This document shows, in pieces, positions 59,552 to 64,000 of a stretch of DNA of 64,000 nt. The position numbers and the translations under genes were made by a program. Each line of letters opens with the position of its first letter. Position 1 is the first letter of the stretch. Source of the stretch: Trueperaceae bacterium (lineage in GTDB: Bacteria > Deinococcota > Deinococci > Deinococcales > Trueperaceae); NCBI GenBank assembly GCA_965215565.1, contig CBDCDZ010000004.1, forward strand, positions 96,001 through 160,000. Direction: 5' to 3'. Below the pieces are notes generated by a model. It was not told the DNA's origin and did no database searches. It worked only from the letters and a program-made list of their open reading frames with translations.

Positions 59552-60838
59552 ATGGCACGTCTTCTCTTCGCCCTTTTCGCGCTCTTCGCCCTGCTCCTCA
59601 ACCCGGCCTTTGCCCAAACCACCCTCACTTGGTGGACCACCTGGAGCGCCGAGGCGGACACCCAAGCCTGGGGCGACGCCCTCGTCGAAGCGTTCGAGGC
59701 GGAGCACCCGGACATCACTGTCGAGCGCGTGGATTACGCCGGGGACGACCTCAAAGTCGCCATCCAAGCGGCGCTCGCGGCGGGTGCACCGCCCGACGTG
59801 TGGCACTCCTGGGGTGGCGGTGTTTTAGGCTCGTTCGTGCAAGAAGGGGTCGTCTACGACATGAGCGAGCTGTTAGGCGAACTCCAGTCGGACGGGCTCG
59901 TCGGCGACGGCGTGCTCTCGGCGGCGACGTTTGACGACACGCCCTACTGCTTGCCCTACGAGGTCTTCGCCGCGCCCATGTTCGTCAACGTCGATCTGTT
60001 CGAGCAGGTTGGCTTAGAGGTCCCCGACCCTACACAGGGCGAGACCTGGACCTGGGAGGAATTCATGAGCGCCGTGCAGACCTTTGAAGAGGCGGGCGTC
60101 CAGCCCCTCACTGTAGGTGGGCAGGGCAACTGGCAGCTCTCCTTTTACTACATGTACCTCGTCGACCGCTTCGGCGGCTCGGACGCTTTCGCGGAGGCGC
60201 TCAGTCGCGAGGGCTCCTTTACCGCCCCCGCCTTTGTGCAAGCAGGCGAGTACGCGCAAGACCTCGTCGAGATGGACGCCTTCCAGCGCGGCTTCCTGGG
60301 CGCGGACTACGACGTGGGGCAGCGCCCCTTCTTCACGGGCGAGGCGGCGATGTACGTGATGGGTTCCTGGATGGTCGGCGGGCTGCGCGAGTTCGCGCCC
60401 GACTTCAACCTGGCGTTCATCAACTTCCCCACCCTCCCGGACGGTGAGGGCGACCCCGGCATGATGGTCGGCGCGACGCAGACCTACTACTGCGTCTCCG
60501 AAGCGTCGCAGCAGAAGGAGGCGGCTTTGGATTTAGTGCGCTTTTTAGCCCGCCCCGAGAACGTGCGCGGCTACGTCGAGGCGACGGGGCGTCTGGCCGC
60601 CCTGAACGTCGAAGTTCCCGAAGGCACATATGACCCTGTGGTGGTGGACCTGCTCGAGCGCATCAGCAGCGCGCCCTACTTGCAGATCGCTTACGACCAG
60701 GGCGCGCCGCCACAACTCGCCACCGAGCACATCGAACTGATGGGGCAACTCTTCGCCGAGCGCATGACGCCCGAAGAGGTCGCCACGCGCCACGAGACCG
60801 TCGCCGAGCAGTTGGAGTCCTCGGGTGAACTGCCCTAG
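59552..60838 (+). CDS. Sugar ABC transporter substrate-binding protein
   Basis: Signal peptide; PPDVWHSWGG, AAMYVMGSW. Confidence 0.9.
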   Translation: MARLLFALFALFALLLNPAFAQTTLTWWTTWSAEADTQAWGDALVEAFEAEHPDITVERVDYAGDDLKVAIQAALAAGAPPDVWHSWGGGVLGSFVQEGVVYDMSELLGELQSDGLVGDGVLSAATFDDTPYCLPYEVFAAPMFVNVDLFEQVGLEVPDPTQGETWTWEEFMSAVQTFEEAGVQPLTVGGQGNWQLSFYYMYLVDRFGGSDAFAEALSREGSFTAPAFVQAGEYAQDLVEMDAFQRGFLGADYDVGQRPFFTGEAAMYVMGSWMVGGLREFAPDFNLAFINFPTLPDGEGDPGMMVGATQTYYCVSEASQQKEAALDLVRFLARPENVRGYVEATGRLAALNVEVPEGTYDPVVVDLLERISSAPYLQIAYDQGAPPQLATEHIELMGQLFAERMTPEEVATRHETVAEQLESSGELP

Positions 60839-60856
60839 ACCTGGCGGGCGGCGCGG

Positions 60857-61729
60857 ATGACGCGCCGCCCTAATATGTGGGCGTACGGATTGTTGCTGCC
60901 CGCCTTGGCGGTGTTCGTGCTGTTCTACATCTGGCCCAACCTGGAGATTTTCTACCTGTCGTTCTTCAACTGGTCGGGCATCTCGCCGCAAAAGACCTTT
61001 ATCGGGCTCACCAACTACCGGGCGCTTTTAGACGATGACCTCTTCATGTTCTCGCTGCGCAACACGGCGCTCATCGCGGCTGTGTCGGTGTTCGTGCAGA
61101 TTCCTATCGCCATTGGGCTAGCGCTGGCGCTCGAGCGCCCCACCCGCACCAATAGGGCGCTCTCGGCTGTCATCTTCTTGCCTATTGTCATCTCACTCGC
61201 AGCCACCGCGCTCATCTGGACTTGGCTCTTAGACCCGTCGTTCGGCGCGGTCAACTGGGCGCTGGAAGCCGTAGGTTTGGACGCTTGGGCTAGGGCTTGG
61301 CTCGCCGAGCCGCAGACCGCCTTTCCAACGATTCTCTTCGTCACCAACTGGGTCTACATCGGGCTCTACATGGTGCTCTTCATCGCGGGGCTCAAAGCTA
61401 TTCCGCGCAACCTCTACGACGCGGCGAAAGTGGACGGGCTCTCGAGGGTGCAGACCGCGCTGCAGGTCTCCGTGCCCCTCTTGCGCGAGGTCATCGTGGT
61501 CGCCCTGATCCTCGCCATCACGGGCTCGTTCAAGGCGTTCGACCTCATCTGGATCATGACGGGCGGCGGTCCCGCGAGCGCCACGGAAGTAGCGCCGACC
61601 GTGATCTACAAAACGGCGTTCCGACGCCTGCAGTCGGGCTACGCCGCCTCGCAAGCGGTCGTTGTGTTCTTAGTCGCGCTCTCGCTCGTTTTAGTGCAGC
61701 TCCGTGTGACGCGGGCGAGGGAGGCGTAG
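60857..61729 (+). CDS. Sugar ABC transporter permease
   Basis: LYDAAKVDG, MTGGGP. Confidence 0.93.
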   Translation: MTRRPNMWAYGLLLPALAVFVLFYIWPNLEIFYLSFFNWSGISPQKTFIGLTNYRALLDDDLFMFSLRNTALIAAVSVFVQIPIAIGLALALERPTRTNRALSAVIFLPIVISLAATALIWTWLLDPSFGAVNWALEAVGLDAWARAWLAEPQTAFPTILFVTNWVYIGLYMVLFIAGLKAIPRNLYDAAKVDGLSRVQTALQVSVPLLREVIVVALILAITGSFKAFDLIWIMTGGGPASATEVAPTVIYKTAFRRLQSGYAASQAVVVFLVALSLVLVQLRVTRAREA

Positions 61730-62596
61730 GTGGCGCGGACGCGGACAGGACGCGGCGACGCCACCGTCAAAACGCAGCGCGGACCGGGCTACTGGGTAGT
61801 GCGCGTCTCGCTCCTCGCGTACGCTTTCGCCGTTCTTTTCCCCCTCGCTTGGATAGCGATCACCGCTCTCAAGACGGAGGACCAAATCTTCGAGGAGCCC
61901 CTGGCGCTGCCCGCCTCACCCGCGTGGGGTAACTTCGTCCAAGCGTGGACCCAAGGGGGGCTGGGTCTAGCCTTCTGGAACTCGCTCTTCGTGACCGTCA
62001 TCGCGGTCGTGATCGTCGCGTTAGGTAGCGCGATGGCGGCGTATCCGCTCGCCCGCGCCTCCTTTTTAGGTCGCCCCGTGTTCTACTACCTCTTCTTGTC
62101 GGGCACCTTTTTAGCGCCCATCACCGCCATCGTGCCGCTCCTCAAGCTCCTGCGCAACTTGGGGCTCTACAACACACCCTGGGCGCTCATCTTGCCGAAC
62201 GCCGCCTTCGGGCTGCCTATCTCCATTTTCCTGATGCGCTCGTACTACCTCTCGCTGCCGCGCTCTTTAGAGGACGCCGCGCGGGTGGACGGGCTCTCGC
62301 CCTGGCGCACCTTTTTCCAGGTGATCTTGCCGTTGGCGCGACCTGCGCTCTACACCGTCATCATCTTGCAGACTATCTTCATCTGGAACGAGTACCTCTT
62401 CGCGCTCGTATTTCTGAACGACCCGGCGACCTACACGCTGCCCCGTGCGCTCGTCGCCTTTCAGGGAACGTACGTGACGCAGTACGGTCCGTTGGCGGCG
62501 GGCACGCTGCTGACCGCGCTGCCGACGGTCGTGCTCTACCTCGTGTTTAGCGACCGGGTGCGGCAGGCGATGGGGGTGAGTAGCGGAAAGGGGTAA
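61730..62596 (+). CDS. Sugar ABC transporter permease
   Basis: LEDAARVDG, IWNEYLF. Confidence 0.93.
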   Translation: MARTRTGRGDATVKTQRGPGYWVVRVSLLAYAFAVLFPLAWIAITALKTEDQIFEEPLALPASPAWGNFVQAWTQGGLGLAFWNSLFVTVIAVVIVALGSAMAAYPLARASFLGRPVFYYLFLSGTFLAPITAIVPLLKLLRNLGLYNTPWALILPNAAFGLPISIFLMRSYYLSLPRSLEDAARVDGLSPWRTFFQVILPLARPALYTVIILQTIFIWNEYLFALVFLNDPATYTLPRALVAFQGTYVTQYGPLAAGTLLTALPTVVLYLVFSDRVRQAMGVSSGKG

Positions 62597-62716
62597 AGGA
62601 CCAGGCGTTCGTCAAATTGCCTTGCATAAGAGCTATGCGCACTCCTTACGAGTCAGGACAGGAGATAGGGCGGCGTCTAGGGAGGCAAAAGCGAAAGCTG
62701 GGCGGCGCTAAAGAGA

Positions 62717-62753
62717 AAGAGGAGGCTCCACCGCCGGTGGAGCCTCCTCTTCT
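62717..62753. terminator. Hairpin between convergent genes
   Basis: AAGAGGAGGCTCCACC-GCC-GGTGGAGCCTCCTCTT. Confidence 0.65.
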
Positions 62754-62762
62754 CAGGTACAG

Positions 62763-63863
62763 CTACTGCGCCCGCTCGAGCACCCCGCAGGCAATACGCG
62801 AGCCCGCCTTGCCGCCTGGGTCGGTCTCCTTGTCGTCAATCCCCGCGTGGATGATGAGCGCCGTACCGCCGGGTTTGAGGAACGGGTTCTCGCCCTCCAG
62901 ACTCGCCAGGGGGAAGCGCACCTCTAAGGTGGCGCTGCCGTCCTCGTTAAAGGTGTAGTTATAGTTCTCGCTGTCGCCCACGTGCGGACCGTTGTCCTCG
63001 CCGTGCCCCACGTCCGCCGGGTTATAGTGCCCACCTGCCGCGCCTGCCGCCTCTAGGACACCGTCGCCGTCCGTGTCAGCCGCCTCGCAGGAGCCGTTCT
63101 CGTGGACGTGAATGGCGTGCAGTCCCCCGGAGATGACGTCGTTGGCGGAGAGGTCAAGCGCCATCAACACGCCGCCCCCCTCGACTTCGCTGAAAGTAGC
63201 TGTGCCGAGCGTGTTGGACAGGTCCTCGGCAGAGACGACGGAGGCGTTAGCGCCCACCTCCATACCGTTGTCACTCGTCACGACGACGTAACCCTCTTCC
63301 GACTCGCTCGCTTCGCCTGCGGCGTCCGTGACCTCAGCGCCGAACACGTAAGCGAACTCGTCTCCCGCACCTTCCAGCTCAGTGACGTTGAGCGCGTCCT
63401 CGTCCACCCTGACCTCGTACACGCAGGTGACGCTCGTCGGGCTGTCCGAGAGTTCGCAGTCGCTCATGGGCTCGCTGATGCCGGTAGGCTGCCCTAAAGT
63501 GAAGAAGCTCTGGGCGGGGTCCAAGGGACCACTCAGCCCCTCGGGTAGACCGTTGAGTAAGCGCACCTCGATGTCGGTGACACCGTCCGGGTCCTCGTAG
63601 CTGACCTGCACGTAGAACGCGCCGCCCGGCGCGACCCGGATGACGCGGCTGTCCGAGGCGTCCGTAATGTTCCCCTCCGCGTCGCTCAAGTAGGGACCGC
63701 CGTAGCTCTCGCTCACCCCGAAGCTGCCCGTAGGAGCGTCTTCACTGACGTCCTCAGCAGGCTGAGTGACGTTCGAGCCGCCCAACTGGTCACAGGCGAC
63801 AAAGAGTAGCGGAAACAGAATGAGAAGTAGATGTAGAGATGACAACCGGAAGAAACGCTGCAT
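62763..63863 (-). CDS. sodC: Lipoprotein Cu/Zn superoxide dismutase with extra N-terminal domain
   Basis: Lipobox LFVAC; HAIHVHENG, GGHYNP, GHG, HVGD, IIHAG.DD, SRIACG. Confidence 0.85.
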   Translation of the reverse strand: MQRFFRLSSLHLLLILFPLLFVACDQLGGSNVTQPAEDVSEDAPTGSFGVSESYGGPYLSDAEGNITDASDSRVIRVAPGGAFYVQVSYEDPDGVTDIEVRLLNGLPEGLSGPLDPAQSFFTLGQPTGISEPMSDCELSDSPTSVTCVYEVRVDEDALNVTELEGAGDEFAYVFGAEVTDAAGEASESEEGYVVVTSDNGMEVGANASVVSAEDLSNTLGTATFSEVEGGGVLMALDLSANDVISGGLHAIHVHENGSCEAADTDGDGVLEAAGAAGGHYNPADVGHGEDNGPHVGDSENYNYTFNEDGSATLEVRFPLASLEGENPFLKPGGTALIIHAGIDDKETDPGGKAGSRIACGVLERAQ

Positions 63864-64000
63864 AGTGCCCCCCATAGGCTATAAGCGGAAGTTGCGCCGA
63901 TTTCTCGGCGTGTGTGATGGCGCAGTGCTAATAGATTCTCAGTGTTCTCTACAAAAGACCAAGAGGACAAGGGGGCAGCCTACACAAGGGGCAATGGCTG

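Overview
About 60% GC bacterial chromosomal segment, most consistent with Deinococcota (Truepera/Trueperaceae-like). This is an inference from gene content, many apparently leaderless TANNNT-ATG starts and strong CTCGAG over-representation. Left to right it holds: a partial Ycf46-like AAA ATPase; a 14-kb orphan catabolic island (carbohydrate-type ABC importer, cupin, alpha/beta hydrolase, frameshifted HpcH aldolase, HisD-like dehydrogenase, LacI regulator, SDR, two double-SnoaL proteins, sarcosine-oxidase-family enzyme); toxin-antitoxin genes and remnants before tRNA-Leu(TAA); a decayed LolA-like/FtsX ABC locus; three lipoprotein-signal cell-wall/protein hydrolases (M23, S1, lysozyme-like) divergent from a membrane-tailed BTAD regulator; a urease cluster interrupted by a DUF433/DUF5615 TA module and with a frameshifted ureD; a CdaA-YbbR fusion; a CheB/CheR-kinase, PAS-LuxR and GGDEF signalling block; stress and metabolism genes (dodecin, MRJP, CYP152, ASRT, phosphoketolase); an amino-sugar/GH4 operon; a sugar ABC importer; and a Cu/Zn SOD. 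The most striking non-coding signal is a dense set of structured intergenic repeats: at least 10 copies of a TAGCAG...CTGCTA MITE-like element plus other families, which carry interchangeable 20-55 nt hairpin modules shared between families. No transposase, integrase or CRISPR is visible. All alignments and counts were done by eye.
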